Source of the DNA: the human T2T-CHM13v2.0 reference genome, Homo sapiens
Strand: one strand, 5' to 3'
DNA length: 64,000 nt
Assembly (NCBI RefSeq): GCF_009914755.1
Contig: NC_060942.1
The translations under genes and the position numbers were made by a program. Shown piece by piece: positions 1-13,248 of the stretch. Below the pieces are notes generated by a model. The model saw only the letters and a list, made by a program, of their open reading frames with translations, had not been told where the DNA came from and did not search any database. Each line of letters begins with the position of its first letter. Position 1 is the first letter of the stretch.

Positions 1-171
1 AGAGGCCAGTAAAAATGCTGGTGCCTTTTCAATCCCCTCTCTAATCTGCTCATCTTCCTGCCTGGATAACCTGTCAGGCCTTTGCCATTTATAATATTTA
101 TCCTTCAGCAGTTTTCCCTGTTCCCTTGTTGATTGCTTTTCTGCACCAAGAAACTCCCAGTCCCTCTTGCC

Positions 172-199
172 TGTGTGTGTGTGTGCACGTGTGTGTGTG
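172..199. repeat. Imperfect (TG)n microsatellite
   Basis: tgtgtgtgtgtgtgcacgtgtgtgtgtg. Confidence 0.85.
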
Positions 200-1349
200 C
201 TAAATAGATCTGTCTTCCTTCAGCAGCCTCCCTTGTACCCCACTTAGCCCTTCTCTATTTCATAATGGCCTTTTCCATGGGTGGGGTATGTAGTAAGATC
301 TCCATATCTCCCGTCTGCCTGGCTGTGGCTGCCTCCTCGTCAGAGCCTCGGCTGGATGGGACCACACACACGCTAATGCTCTCTAATCCCTGCAGCTTTG
401 TCACTTTCAGGACTGCTCAGATGCTCACCCAGCTCTGACTGGTTTCTCATCACCCTCTTGAAGGGTTGAGCTGTCTTTCCCATTTATCTCAACGGTGATA
501 GTGACAGCAATCCACCTTCCTGGCCTTTCCTCCTGGGCCACCTGTTAGGCTGCCAGCCGCCCTTGAGATTGATATTTGCCATTTCTGCCGCCAGGTTTGT
601 TCTGGCCTCTGTGGGCATGTTCACTAAGAGGCACATCAGTCTCGCTGCCCCGTGTTGGGGCAGGAAACTCCATTATAGACTCTCAGTTGATCACTGTTCT
701 TCTGCTTCTTCCCTGCATCAGTTTCTATCTGTGAGTGACGGAGCACCTGCCCAGGGGGAGATCTCAGGAAGTCCCATCTCCAATCAAATATACACAATCC
801 TGCCCGCTGAACCAAACAGGCCTTCTAAACGATCAGATGACCCATGGCAACCATCTCCCCAGTAGGACATTGTCTCTATTCTTCCTCTACCCATTCAGCC
901 CGGAGTTCTCCGGAAACTCTGGGATGCCTATCACACACGGATCCCTCTGCCCCTCAGATCTTAGTTTTAATTCAACCACTGATTCTCTCTTACCCACTCA
1001 GAGGGCTAGACCCGAAAAGAGAAAACACAAGGACTGTTTTTGAAATACGTGGACATGAGTGTCACAAAGTTCATCTGGACTAAGGAGAGAAGGAAAGAGC
1101 TAGGGGAAACCCCCAAGTAATATATGTGACTATTTTTTATAGTGGCTTCTGGAAAGCCTGCTCCCATGTTTACGACTTCACTGAAATAAATGATTCTGGT
1201 CATGTGCATTTTGAGACAGACATTAGTGGCAAACCTTGTCATGAATGACTCCTGGATGCTAGGGAACAAAAGGGCCCTTTATGCAGTTCTACATGACGCT
1301 CTCCATTCTTGCCACTCAACATGCTGCTCATGCTTTGTGGCATTAGCAT

Positions 1350-1470
1350 CACCTGGAAAGCTTGTTACATATGCGATCCTGGGACCCACCTCACTATCTC
1401 GGACCTACCAACTTACCATCTCCATTGTAACAAGATTTCCAGGGGCTTCCTATGTACATTAAAATATGGA
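1350..1470. mobile_element. MER5-type hAT-Charlie DNA transposon fragment
   Basis: cattgtaacaagatttccaggggcttcctatgtacattaaaat resembles the MER5A end (ttttaacaagatccccaggtgattcatatgcacattaaagtttgag). Confidence 0.55.
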
Positions 1471-1511
1471 ATATTCTGCTCTTTCTTTTACTGTATTAAA
1501 TTCTCAGAACT

Positions 1512-1821
1512 GGCTGGGCATGGTGGCTCACACCTGTAATTCCAGCACTTTAGGAGGCTGAGGTGGGTGGATCACCTGGGGCCAGGAGTTCGAGAACAGC
1601 CTGCCAACATGGCAAAACCCCATCTCTACTAAAAACTACAAACAAACAAACAAAAATCAGCTAGGCATGGTGGTACGCACCAGTAGTCCCTGCTACTCAG
1701 GAGGCTGAGGCACAAGAATCACTTGAACTCAAGAAGTAGGGGTTTCAGTGAGCCGAGATCATGCCACTGAACTCCAGCCTGGGTGACAGAGCAAGACTCT
1801 GCCTCAAAAAAATGAAAACAA
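1512..1821 (+). mobile_element. Alu SINE (AluS-type), full length
   Basis: Starts ggctgggcatggtggctcacacctgtaat; dimeric; A-rich linker expanded with (aaac)n; A tail; TSD aaattctcagaac / aaattatcagaac. Confidence 0.95.
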
Positions 1822-1834
1822 AAATTATCAGAAC

Positions 1835-1925
1835 AACCTTCTGAGATAATTATTAAATTTCCCATTTTATAGATGGAGAAACTGATCCTCTGAATGGTGA
1901 AGAAGTTTGCCTAGTGTTACTGGAA
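1835..1925 (-). mobile_element. MIR fragment
   Basis: cccattttatagatggagaaactga is the reverse complement of the MIR core. Confidence 0.7.
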
Positions 1926-4057
1926 ATTGATCCCTCCTGTAAAGGCTAAATCTTACTTTTCTTCTTTTAACTATGGACCACTACTGTATAGGTATTCACA
2001 ATGAAGTAGGCATTACTTTTTAAAATATAATTTTAAATATTAGAAAGAAAAATGTTCCAGTCTCATTAAGATGGCAAATTGCCAAATGGGGAAGACATCT
2101 CCATGGGAGATAGGGCTCTGAAACATCCAGCTGAGCAGAGGCATGAAGAGAGAGTGCATCCTGCCTGATGTGGAGGGTTCAGGGTAGTTTATAGTCATGT
2201 GGCAGAAAGAGGACACACTGGGGCTCTCCACAGGCTGGCAGTCTTGGCAATCCAAAGATGGTCACAGCAAGATAAATTATGTGTTAAGGAGATAATTACT
2301 ATGGCCTTTCCTCTGAACAGCAGCTGGAAATAGGCTGAAACAGATGGAGCCAGAAATAGTGAAAAGGTTGAGGGGCAACCTCAAAAGAGAGACAGATGTC
2401 CTCAAAGGACCAGTTTAAATAAGAAGAGCCTCTGGATGGTTAAAGATAGGGGCGCATATTCTGCAGATAGGATTGTACAGGTCTTTTAATTCTCCCTCTA
2501 ACTAGAGTTTTATTGTTGTAAGAGGAAAGAAGAAATGAATCAATGAGGTTTATTTTAAAATTGTATTTTTGTTGACATATCACAGGGGATTGATTTACAT
2601 GGTTTTTTATGCTTATCCCACTTGTCTCTTCCCAGGCAAAATTTAACCACTAGGTCTTGGCTATATGGAACAGGAACCACTGTCCACCTATATTCAAGAA
2701 GAGTTAAAATTTAGAACATCTTCTTCCTCTTTCCTTTACAGTGGCAGTAAATACTATGGTGCCTCCAGAAATCACTCAGCTTAAGAGGTTATCTATTTCG
2801 ATTTTCACCTGGTGAGTTTTGAATGGGTATTTAGATGCCAAATTTTAAGCTTGACTATCCCTATTCACTCCTTTTCACAAATATTAGTATTAAGAGCCAA
2901 TGGAAAAATGAAGGCTTTCAGGTAGAACAGCAATACAGATAGATTCACTGATTAGATGCCACTGTTATTGCTGCTAACCATTCCCAGTTTCAAAAAACAG
3001 ATCCCAGGGGCCAGAGTTTCTTACTGATTGGCAGCTTGCTCCCCATCCTCCCATTCAATATACACACACAATTTTCACCACTCCACTGGGTTCTCAACTG
3101 GGTTCTCGACATCTGCAGTGTTGTAGATGGGCAATTGTAACTTTGAGATGTGCAAAAGCATTTTGAAAATCAAGGAATTCTGTCACTCTGGTCGGTCTCC
3201 TGGCTTTAATCAAGAACATCCTAAAGCACTATTTCTCTATGTGGTGTTTCAACAGATGTTATGTTGGGTTACTAAGAGTGCTGTAAAATGGAGAGTTTCA
3301 GTTCTATTGACCCACCTGGAACCATGAAAGAAGTTTATTAATTTTTCACATTAACATAGTCTACTTAGCTCATAGAGTATCTTCCCATTGGGAAATTCTG
3401 CAAAATTTTATCACTAATTGTTCCAAACAAAAGTTTTAAAATTATGTGAAAGTAGAATCTTTTAAAAGTTATATTTGAGCACTTATATAAACAAGAAACT
3501 CTTTAAAAACCAATTCTTTATATAGCTTGAGACATAAATTAAAATACTTTTTTCACATCTAAATAGAATGAGGCTACCATAATAAAGCAGTGCTATGTAT
3601 GTACTTGGCACTCAAGATTTTCAAGTGGCATCACTATTTCATTATTATCTTGCATACTCTACCACTAGGCACAGCAGACAATCTACCACTAAAATTCCTT
3701 GAGTTGTGTTATGCAATAAGAGGGCTATGGGGGTACATTTAGGTAAATTACTTATAGTCGTGACTGAACAGCAGAGAATTGAAGGGACCAGCAATTTCCA
3801 CCTTTCTGAAGCTAGGAAGACTTGAAAAGATCAATCAAAGGCATATGAATAGTGGCCAAACACTTTGCCTCTTCTTTTTAGCAAAGGGAATAATGAATTT
3901 TCTCTATACTTACGGAGCTCCTGTTTTTTCTACCAAGTGTGGGAGAAAAAAAGGTAAATTCGAAATTAATACACGTTTTCCTCCAGGTTTGGTTTATGAA
4001 AGTGCAGCAGGAAAAAAGCATGGTAAACATACCACTGTTAATATTTTGGAAGATATG

Positions 4058-4060
<3 letters not shown>

Positions 4061-4107
<47 letters not shown>
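4061..4107. repeat. (TG)23 perfect microsatellite
   Basis: Uninterrupted TG run. Confidence 0.98.
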
Positions 4108-4109
<2 letters not shown>

Positions 4110-4569
4110 TTTGGTTTCCCTAATCACAGAAAAAAATACAGGTAATCTCTTACTACAGTGATCTAGTAGTATAGGTTGAGAGTACACATCAATAAGAAAA
4201 CTTAAGTTTAAGTGAAGAAGTATACTACCCACACTGCAGGAACACATTAGCTGTAGTTTGACTTTTGGCATGGAACCTGACTCCCTAATTTCTTATGGCT
4301 TCACACTCTGGTTTGTATATATATTAGGGTGAGAAATGGCCTTAGGGTGAGGCATCTGGACCATTGCTGACCTTGCCTCTGTGCTCCCAGTTCCCTCATT
4401 AGTAACTCCAGAGATAAGATACTGAAGCGCCCTGTTAAAAAGTATGAAAGGATTGAGGTTGTGGGAGAGGCTTAGGTGTTGACATTTTATGATAACGAGG
4501 TTTGTTTAAGTTTTGACACAGATTAATTCAACCTGTTAAATAGCAGACCTCTTAGGGACATGACCTAGG

Positions 4570-4660
4570 ACAGGATCCTTCAACAGAGAGAGACATTTGT
4601 CATCTTTGTATCAGCAGAATCTAACAGAGCTATCAATAAATATTTACCTAGTGAATAAAT
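4570..4660 (+). mobile_element. L2 3' end fragment
   Basis: catctttgtatcagcagaatctaacagagc...tcaataaatatt...tgaataaat resembles the L2 tail. Confidence 0.5.
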
Positions 4661-4684
4661 ATTTGTTTAGTTAATAAAGAAACA

Positions 4685-4810
4685 GAGAGGATGGATACTC
4701 CATTTACCATAATGCGAGTATTACGCATTGCATGCCTGTATCAAAGTATCTTATGTACCTCATAAATATACACACCTACTATGTACCCACAAAAATTAAA
4801 AATAAAAAAA
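4685..4810 (+). mobile_element. L1MA (L1MA2/3-like) 3' end
   Basis: gatggatactccatttacc...gcattgcatgcctgtatcaaag...ctactatgtacccacaaaaattaaaaat followed by an A tail. Confidence 0.9.
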
Positions 4811-7329
4811 TGAATAAATGATGAAAAGGTATAAGGAAATAAACGGGGCATAGCTGTTTTCCCAGGAAGGAAGGCACAACATGCAATGTCACTGGGACAA
4901 GTTTGCGGGTCAGGGCACGAGCAGTGTTCAGGAATAGGGGTTGGATTTAAGAGAGGAGAATGTGACAAAGAAGAGTGGAATAAGAACCAGAGTTTGCTCT
5001 TTCCCATGTGCTGTTTCCAGCCCTGCTAAGAGCAGAATTCTCAGTAGACCCCAATTTGAAGCGCATACCCCTTCCATCGCAGTGCCATTCATCAGGGCCA
5101 GTTACAAAGGATGGGATCTTCAAGAGAATTCCATCTGAGTAATCTGCACTCTCACTTGAAAAAAATCTCTCCTGAGACAGAATTCATGCTCACGTGCTTC
5201 AGAATACAAATCCACAAGGATGGTTCTTAGAAGCTTGGCAAGACTCTCTTGAGTTTCTTTTTATCATTTTTTCTTTTTGTTTTTAATAAGTGAGCTCAAT
5301 ATTTATAGTACTTCCATAGCCATTTATTTCAGGTGTGTGAAAGGGGCTGTTTGCCTGCCCACTGAGGGTGAATTATAGGGATGACATTTAATGGTGCAAC
5401 TTCTTCTGCTCAGTGCCCTCAACAATGGAGAGATGAGTTGAAAGGGAGTGATATTGCATAGTAAACAGTAAATGCCTCACACAATGGGAACTCATCATTT
5501 TTATTTTATTTTATTTCTTAAACGTAAGGTTTGAAAAAATAGCATGTGGTCTCTTGACATTATTCTAAATTGCACTGTTAGAAGAACATTAACTTTTTCA
5601 TTTCACACTTTCTGAGCCTTAAGCACCATTGCTGTATGGGGAAATCAGTCATTTTCTGATGATTCATGTGCAGATTTGTGCCAATCAGAATTGGCCATAA
5701 TTATGCCAAGTCTCTTCTTTCAAGGAAGTTCATTGAGGGCATAGAGAAAGGAAAGCAAAAGGAGAATCATCCTCTGTATGTGCTCTGTGTAAATTCACAA
5801 ACCATAAAGGTACAAGTAATTTCATAGTGCAATGGAAATCTACTTTGAATAGACTACATTGTTATAAACCACAGATACTGGTACAGCTATCTGGGGAGTC
5901 ACTTGATAGGGACTTAATGGCAAATCTGTGGGTACATTTGTCTTTTTCAAGTTTGCCTTGAGGCTATGGACATAAGAAAATAGTCAATAATATCTTTCTA
6001 TGATTAACTTCCTATGAAAATCACTGAGAATTTGGAATCACTGATTTTTATCACAGATTCTAGAGTAGCTGAAGTTATGAGAGATGTTCATTTGTCTGAG
6101 ACCATTTATTTTAAGAAACAGCAATTCTTACAGCATGATACTGAATCAGGAATGAGACTAACAGGAGGCAGGAACTCCACAAAAATGAGATGAGTGGCTG
6201 AGATATTAGAAGTGAGAAATGTTTATATTGATTTTTGCGTGAAAAAGAGTCCGATATCTGTTTTATTCTCCCCTGCTTCTCAAGATTCCCTTTCCTCAAA
6301 GTCTATGAAGTGTTGTTATGGATTTGTTGTTATTTATTTTATTTTTACCTTATTTTTAGTCTGAAGTACATTATTGTTTTAAATCCTATCACCATAAAAA
6401 TAAAAAAGGGACACAATTATTTTCCTTGGAACATTCCTCTGCCTTTTCTCTCCTATTCAAAGAGCTTACTGTTGAATTTTTAAACACTAGCATTTTCATC
6501 TTCTTCAGCCTGACAGAGTCATTTTGGGAAATTTGTGTCTATAGAGGTATTTTCTAGTAAGGTTTGATTTGATTACTGACCTTTTTTAACCTTAAAGGTA
6601 CAAAAGAAAGTACTTCAAGCACCTAAGGGACTCTGCCAACTAATAGCAAACAAAAGTTCAAGATGGGTCAGGTCCCACAAAGGAAAATTAAATGTATTAT
6701 TCTCACACAACAAGATTAGCAAATCATCCATAAACCCAGCCACTCTTTTCTTCTTTTTATTCTAATGAGTTTAGTGTGCAATAATGATGATACAGGCTTC
6801 ATCAGAATTCTGCCAGTGAAGGGGAATTTGCAAACTCTGTTTGCAAATGAGATGTGCACCATAAACCATAGTCATCCATCATAGAGAAGTAGCTTGTGCC
6901 TGATAAAAGGCTGTTGGGGCTGAGTCAATCAAATGAGCATTATTAGAGCTTGGTATTATACTGTCCTTTAGGTGATGGAGAAGGAATGTAATACAGTTAT
7001 GGAATGTGATTTTTTTATGCCTCTGTCCCTTTTGGAAGACTAAACTCTATTCTAACATGAACATCTCAGAGTGACATTCATAATCTATGTTATAAAAAGA
7101 GACCTTCTCTAATTTCTCATCTGTCAAGAACAGTTAGAACTGTGTAGAGTTTTCATGATATAGCTAACACCATGAAGAAATGGTCCTGTAACTAAAATTA
7201 CAGCTCATACTTGTTGATTATTAATGAAAGGTAGACTGAGCACTTGTGTCAATTAAATGAAGACCAATGAAGATGATAACTTCTAATGTCCTTTGATCAT
7301 GATTAAAAATAATAATTATAACAATAAGA

Positions 7330-7700
7330 TTTTGAGCTTATAGGTTACTTAGACACCATCTGATGTAGTGGATTTCTAACTTTTATTTAGTATTGGAGCC
7401 CATTTTTCAACCAAACATCATATGGCACCAGGACATACAAAATGATCAAGGTGTAGGAGTTCTTTAGAAAGAGGCAAGGGCTTTCTCACTCTTTCTTAGC
7501 TTTCCCCAGTCACCCTCCTTGATGGACATCTCTGATATTTTGAAACACATTGATGTAACTCATTTTTCTAAAATTTACAGATTGAGAAAATAATATGCCA
7601 AAACATTTGTAGATTTTAATAAGGCTGCAGAACTTACTAATTACAAAGCAAATATAAAGATCCAGACATCTTTACTTCCACACAGATGCTTTCCCTACTG
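7330..7700 (-). mobile_element. MIR3-like remnant interrupted by an old hAT-Charlie MITE (about 7365-7555)
   Basis: tttgagcttataggttacttagacaccatctga...tttacagattgagaaaa flanks a tagtggatttctaac...ttttgaaacacattg insert. Confidence 0.4.
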
Positions 7701-8169
7701 TGCAGAGCTCCGCCATTACCTTGCTCTACATCGGGTCAGAAAGCCAATGTCTGCAGGGGCCAGGCAGTCATGGGGATCAGGGGTAAAGCAGGTGGTAAGC
7801 TGCAAAGCTCCAACCCCCACATGAAGAGAACAGCTGTCACAGTTTCAGGGGATGCTTCTCATGAGGAAAATAGGGCCCAAGATTCCTTAACTTTCTTTCT
7901 ATTTTTTTTTTTTAGCAGAAGTTGAAAAATCAGAACTTCAGTGTAACAATGGTAATAATTAAAAACTTTAAGTGAATAATAATAACTACTATACTGATGA
8001 AACAAAACATATCTACAAGACAAATTCAGCCAACACCACTGGTCACTATAAATACTGATGTTGAGTTCAATATTGTGATGTTGTTATAAGAAATATTAAA
8101 ATTCAAACATCCCTGTAATTAGATTCATTGGATGTGCCCAATAATTATTCTTATGAACAATTAGTAACA

Positions 8170-9000
8170 AGTCCTCATTAATTTTTTAAATAAATATTGA
8201 GGAGCCCCTAAGCACTAAGCTCTGCTGTATAGAAAGGTCATATTCCCAGACCTTTGAGAACACATAATCTATTGAAGAGAGACAAGCATACAAGTGATAT
8301 TTGTAAGAAGGTGAACTGAGCTAAAATAGAGGAGAAATTATGGTGTTGTGGGACTACCAACAACAGTAAAAAATATTTGCATAACTCTGCTCGATAAAGA
8401 CTCTCCTTGGGGAGTCATGAAGAATGCATAGGAGTTTCCCAGACAGGTGAGAAAGGGGACATTCTAGGCAGAAAGAACAACACACATACAAGAAAGGAGC
8501 TGAGGAAAAATCATGTCTTGATCAAGGAACTGCAAGTAATGAGGCATGGCTAGAGGGCAGAGAGGATGGAGAAAGGGAAGAAGAGAGAGAGGCAGCTGGA
8601 CATGTAGACAAAAGCTAGTCAATGAAATATTATAAAATATATGCTAACAAGTTAGGACTTTATTGTGTAGCTGCTAAGATGATATTTAAAGATTGTAAAT
8701 GGGTGAAGTCATCCCATTTTTATTCTAGAATGATGATTCAGATGACATGTATGAGTTAGAGACAGAGACGGGAGAAAGAAGAACCAGTTCTTGAAATAGC
8801 TCAGGTTATCATTGATGAGGGCTGCAAAGGTGTTGAGATTGGAGGAATGAAAGAGATAACTTTGAGGCAGTAGATTTATAGAATCTGGCTGCTGATTGGC
8901 TGAGAGGAAAAGGAAAGTATTAAGGATAACAGATGCCCGGGATTTCTGTCTCAAGAACCTGGACTGACTGTGACCCATTTAACCAAGGGGGAGACTGAGG
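8170..9000 (-). mobile_element. L2 LINE remnant
   Basis: Purine-rich antisense L2 motifs: attctaggcagaaagaacaa, aaggaactgcaagta, gttaggactttattgtgtag. Confidence 0.7.
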
Positions 9001-10804
9001 AAGTGGTAGGTGCTGGCTGCAGCCTAGAAAGGCTGTGGAATGGGGCTACCTGAACCAGGTCTGGAAGGGCTGTCAGAACACCTTGGTGTATGCAGTTCCT
9101 GGCCTGCAGAATTCACCTCTAAAATGAGGTGTTTCCCTAATTTCCTCCAGCACATTTCAAATATAAACTAAAACATGACCTTGAAAATCCAGAAATCTAA
9201 ATATGAATGAAAAAACTACTAATCTTATTAGAAATAGCCCACTCACTGGAAGACTTCTACGTCAAGAAGCTTAAAATCAGCTGAATTTATTTTTTTTAGC
9301 AAACACATTCTAGTGCTAAAAACAAACAATAGTAAAGCCAATAAATGCCTGCCAAATATGACCAGTAGTATTTCTCAGCTGGTTTAATGAGCACTGAGCT
9401 AGAAGGTCGAGACAAAAGCACACAAGAATCTCTTTTTTTCAATAATACAAATTTAACATGTTTGGCATTTTATTTTGCATTTGAATATGGAATAGCTGAC
9501 TTTAGTTTATAGCAGGAGGGAAAGGTTAAAAGATTTGTTTTCCTCCTGCTTTGGCCTAGAGTAGTATTAAACCACATTCTCCTGTGATCTATTGTTTAGA
9601 AATCTAATTTTTTTTTCTTCTCAAGAATGTATTCGGAGTAATCATCTCAAAATATCATTGAAACCCTTCAGGTAGGCCATTAAACTCAGTGGCAGAGTGA
9701 CCAGAGAGAGAGAGCGCTTGACTACCTATATTTTCAAATTAAATCCAAACCTCAAGTATGGTGAAAAGCAAATATAGTCATTCTGGTCATCAATTCAGCA
9801 ATTACAGACACACAGTGGATCACTATATAATTCAAAAATCATGTGTCTCAATGAGGTCTGTGGTTATTTTCTATGTTAGGTACTAATTTCTTTTAATTTA
9901 CAAAAGCAATGCATTTTTCTTTTTTAACAGTCTAGTGGGGGTGGGACATGCAAGGTGGAAACAAACACAGGAGCTATTGAACATCCATAATAAGGGCATT
10001 ATTAGGAGAATAAAAGGAGAGGGAAGAAAAACAATCAACCTGAAAACTTAGTACAATTCCTAAATAGTAATTCCTTTCAAGAGAATTTATGGATCTTGAT
10101 AACTAGCAAGTGGCAGCACGCTCCATTCAACATAAAAGTAATAGCAACTAATAATAATAATAATTTCCAATGAAAGCAGTGGTTACCACAGCCTCTGATT
10201 TAAAATGTAGGTTTTGGAACAGCAGGCGTATTACCAATGATATTTGATTTTCCAAGAGGATTATCCATAAAGAATCCTGCAGCTGCACTTATTTACCTGT
10301 CTCTTCATAGCATCATTATGCAGACAGGGATACTGAGAAAAACACTGTAACAAAATTTAAGCGACTGCATAATTCTTTCTAAATACACCCACTTTATATA
10401 TTCACATATATTGTGTGCTCTTCAAATGCAAATTTTAAGTGTTGTTTATCTGTTACTTCTCTGCTTGGGTCTCTGTGTGTAGTCTTTCCTTAAGGTAGTA
10501 ATATATTCAGATGTTCAGTTTCTCTAACACAAAACGAATTTTGAATATGTAAGCTGGGGATTTTTCAATGAAGTGACAGGACAAAAGAGACCCAGACAAA
10601 CTGATGCTTTCCTTGGGAATTAATTAAGATTCAGAGTAGCCCTCAAATATTTATACCAAACTCTTCATTTTTTAATAAGTGGCCCCTAGTGTGGGAATCT
10701 AGCATTGCTGGTCTTTTGGGGGAAGGTAGCGTTCACAGATAGTAACTCTTGAATCTTCTACATTCGAAGGATGGAGAAACCACAGCATGCAAACTCCTTA
10801 CCAG

Positions 10805-11115
10805 TTTTTTGTTTGTTTGTTTGTTTGTTGTTTGTTTTTTGAGACGGAGTCTCGCTCGCTCTGTCGCCCAGGCTGGAGTGCAGTGGCGGGATCTCGGCTC
10901 ACTGCAAGCTCCGCCTCCCGGGTTCACGTCATTCTCCTGCCTCAGCCTCTCTGAGTAGCTGGGACTACAGGCGCCCGCCACCGCACCCCGCTAATTCTTT
11001 TGTATTTTTAGTAGAGACGGGGTTTCACCGTGGTCTCGATCTGCTGACCTCCTGATCCTCCCGCCTCGGTCTCCCAAAGTGCTGGGATTACAAGCGTAAG
11101 CCACCGTGCCCGGCC
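10805..11115 (-). mobile_element. AluY, Yd-lineage-like (12-bp left-arm deletion)
   Basis: CpG-rich; AluY diagnostic ctgcaagctccgcctcccgggttcacg; ggtttcaccg|tggtctcgat lacks tgttagccagga; TSD tccttaccag at 10795-10804 and 11116-11125; (gttt)n tail. Confidence 0.95.
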
Positions 11116-12454
11116 TCCTTACCAGGTTTTTAACTTCAAAATCTACTTTGCCTGTACATGGCAGGTTGTTGTTCATTTTAACCTCGATTAATAAGGAAAG
11201 AAGACAATAAATTTTAGGATGTTTGAAATTCTGTATTTGCTTATCTACAAGCTATGTGATCCTCCAAGTCCAAAATGCCAAGCAAACTGGGAACACTGAT
11301 AGAAGTATCGCCATCTTTCTTCTTTTCCTGGCTTCAATAACTTCATCAACTACTTCTCTAGATCATATCAGATTTTTCATTGACTTTGGCCTTATGGGTT
11401 TTTGACCCTTCTATATAAATGCATTGGAATTGCTTTACTCTTTAGCAGATAATCCTAAAGAATACTTTTATAGGGCTTCATCATGTGAGTGTGACATTAC
11501 AGTCTACTTTGTGTTTGGATTATGGGTCTTCATGTATCAATGGTAATGTCATCTGGCATTCTCCTTCTAGCCACTACCTTTGGTATTGATGTTACTGTGA
11601 TGATTTGCACATGAGTGCCACAGAGTTATTTTTGTGTGTGTGTATTGCTGCCATTGAGATGAAGAGAGTGATGGAACCAACTCACCAGACCCCCTGGGAC
11701 TCCTGATCCCCTTAGTGGTTCCTTTTGAGGCAAGTTGAACAGAACCTTGTCTCCAGTTTTAAATCTTGGGTTTATATTACATTCGGCATAATGCCCAGAG
11801 AGACATTTCAATTCAATTGATTGATTTTTATGTTACATTCTCAGGAGTACTGTTTGCCAGTTTTCATCCTCAGTCCTGTCTGAGCAGTTCTGTGGAGAGT
11901 TATACTCTTCCACAGTAATATCCTCAGAACAATTTTGAAACAATTCTTTTCTCCATATTCTTAAACAGACATCAAAGACTTTAGTCCTCTTGTGAAAACA
12001 CAATATTTCTTACAGATAAGACACAAGGCACATCTTAGTCTGCCTAAGGGTTTCAAAACAAGAAAATATGGCACCTTCATGATAAAGATAACCCCCCGTC
12101 TTAGTCGATAATACTCTCACTCTGCTAACCATTTGATATGGTTATCAAACAGTATCTTCAACAAGTAGCCAGTGCTAAAGATAGTGAGGGATCAAAGAGG
12201 TGTAAGATAGCTTTTGCCTTCAATAAATCATCATAGTTGGGAAGACTGGGTATACAATTTAAAGTATTACTGTAAATAAAGGTCAGCATGTGTTAAGTGC
12301 CCACAGTGCAGTGGCAGATGACAGTTACTATACAGGTTGAGAAACATGGGACAGAAGTGTGACTGACCTTGGTGACTGGAACAGGCTTCACAGAGGGAGA
12401 TGCTACTCACTTGGATACCCAAGGATAGGCTGCTCAACTTCACCAGAATGGAGG

Positions 12455-12876
12455 TGTGCTAGTCTGTTCTCGAACTGCTATAAATAAATACCTGAGACTG
12501 GGTAATTTATAAAGAAAAGAGATGTAATAGGCTCATGGTTCTACAGGCTGTTCAGGAAGCATGATGGCATCTGCTCAGCTTCTGGGAAGGCCTCAGGAAG
12601 TTTACAATCATGGTGGGAGGTAAAGGGGGAGCAGGCACCTCACACAACCAGAGCAGCAGTGAGACAGAGAGTGGGGAGGTGCCACACTCTTTTAAACAAG
12701 TAGATCTCATGAGAACTCACTCACTATTGAGAGGATAGTACCAAGGGGATAGCACTGAATCATTCATGAGAAATCCACCCCCAAGATCCAGTCACCTCCC
12801 ACGAGGCCCCACCTCCAACACTGGGGATTATATTCCAACATGAGATTTGATGGGGACACCGAACCAAGCCATATCA
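12455..12876 (-). mobile_element. MSTA-type ERVL-MaLR solo LTR
   Basis: tgtgctagtctgttctc...cctgagactgggtaatttataaagaaaaga...ggggacaccgaaccaagccatatca; TSD ggagg/ggaga. Confidence 0.92.
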
Positions 12877-12917
12877 GGAGAGTATTGGAGTCTGGAGAAT
12901 GGTGAGATATTCTAGTC

Positions 12918-13248
12918 CAGGGGTCCACAACCCCAGGGCCACAAACTGGTACTGGTCTGTGGCCTGTTAGGAACCGGGCCGCACAGCAGGAGGGGAGTGG
13001 TAGGTGAGCATTTCTGCTTGAGCTCCACCTCCTGTCAGATCAGCAGAGGCATTAGATTCTCATAGGAACATGAACCCTACTGTGAACTGCACATTCGAGG
13101 GATCGACATTGTGTGCTCCTTATGAGAATCTAATTCCTGACAATATGAGGTGAAACAGTTTCATCCCAAAACCATCCCCTGGCCCCTCTGTGGAAAAATT
13201 GTCTTCCACGAATCCGGTCCCTCATGCCAAAAAGGTCAGAGACTGCTG
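12918..13248 (+). mobile_element. MER1B hAT-Charlie DNA transposon
   Basis: caggggtccacaacccc...ggcattagattctcatagga...gccaaaaaggtcagagactgctg; 8-bp TSD ttctagtc/ctctagtc. Confidence 0.92.

Noticed and set aside
3085-3107. 12-bp tandem repeat actgggttctca (similar case near 27696-27719)
   Set aside because: Ordinary micro-duplication with no further context.
10290-10356. Possible small minus-strand exon
   Set aside because: The splice signals are modest, there is no partner exon, and it conflicts with the orientation bias; expected by chance.
10679-10694. CTCF-like motif (also near 54878)
   Set aside because: Mismatches at core positions; cannot be supported without PWM scoring or ChIP data.
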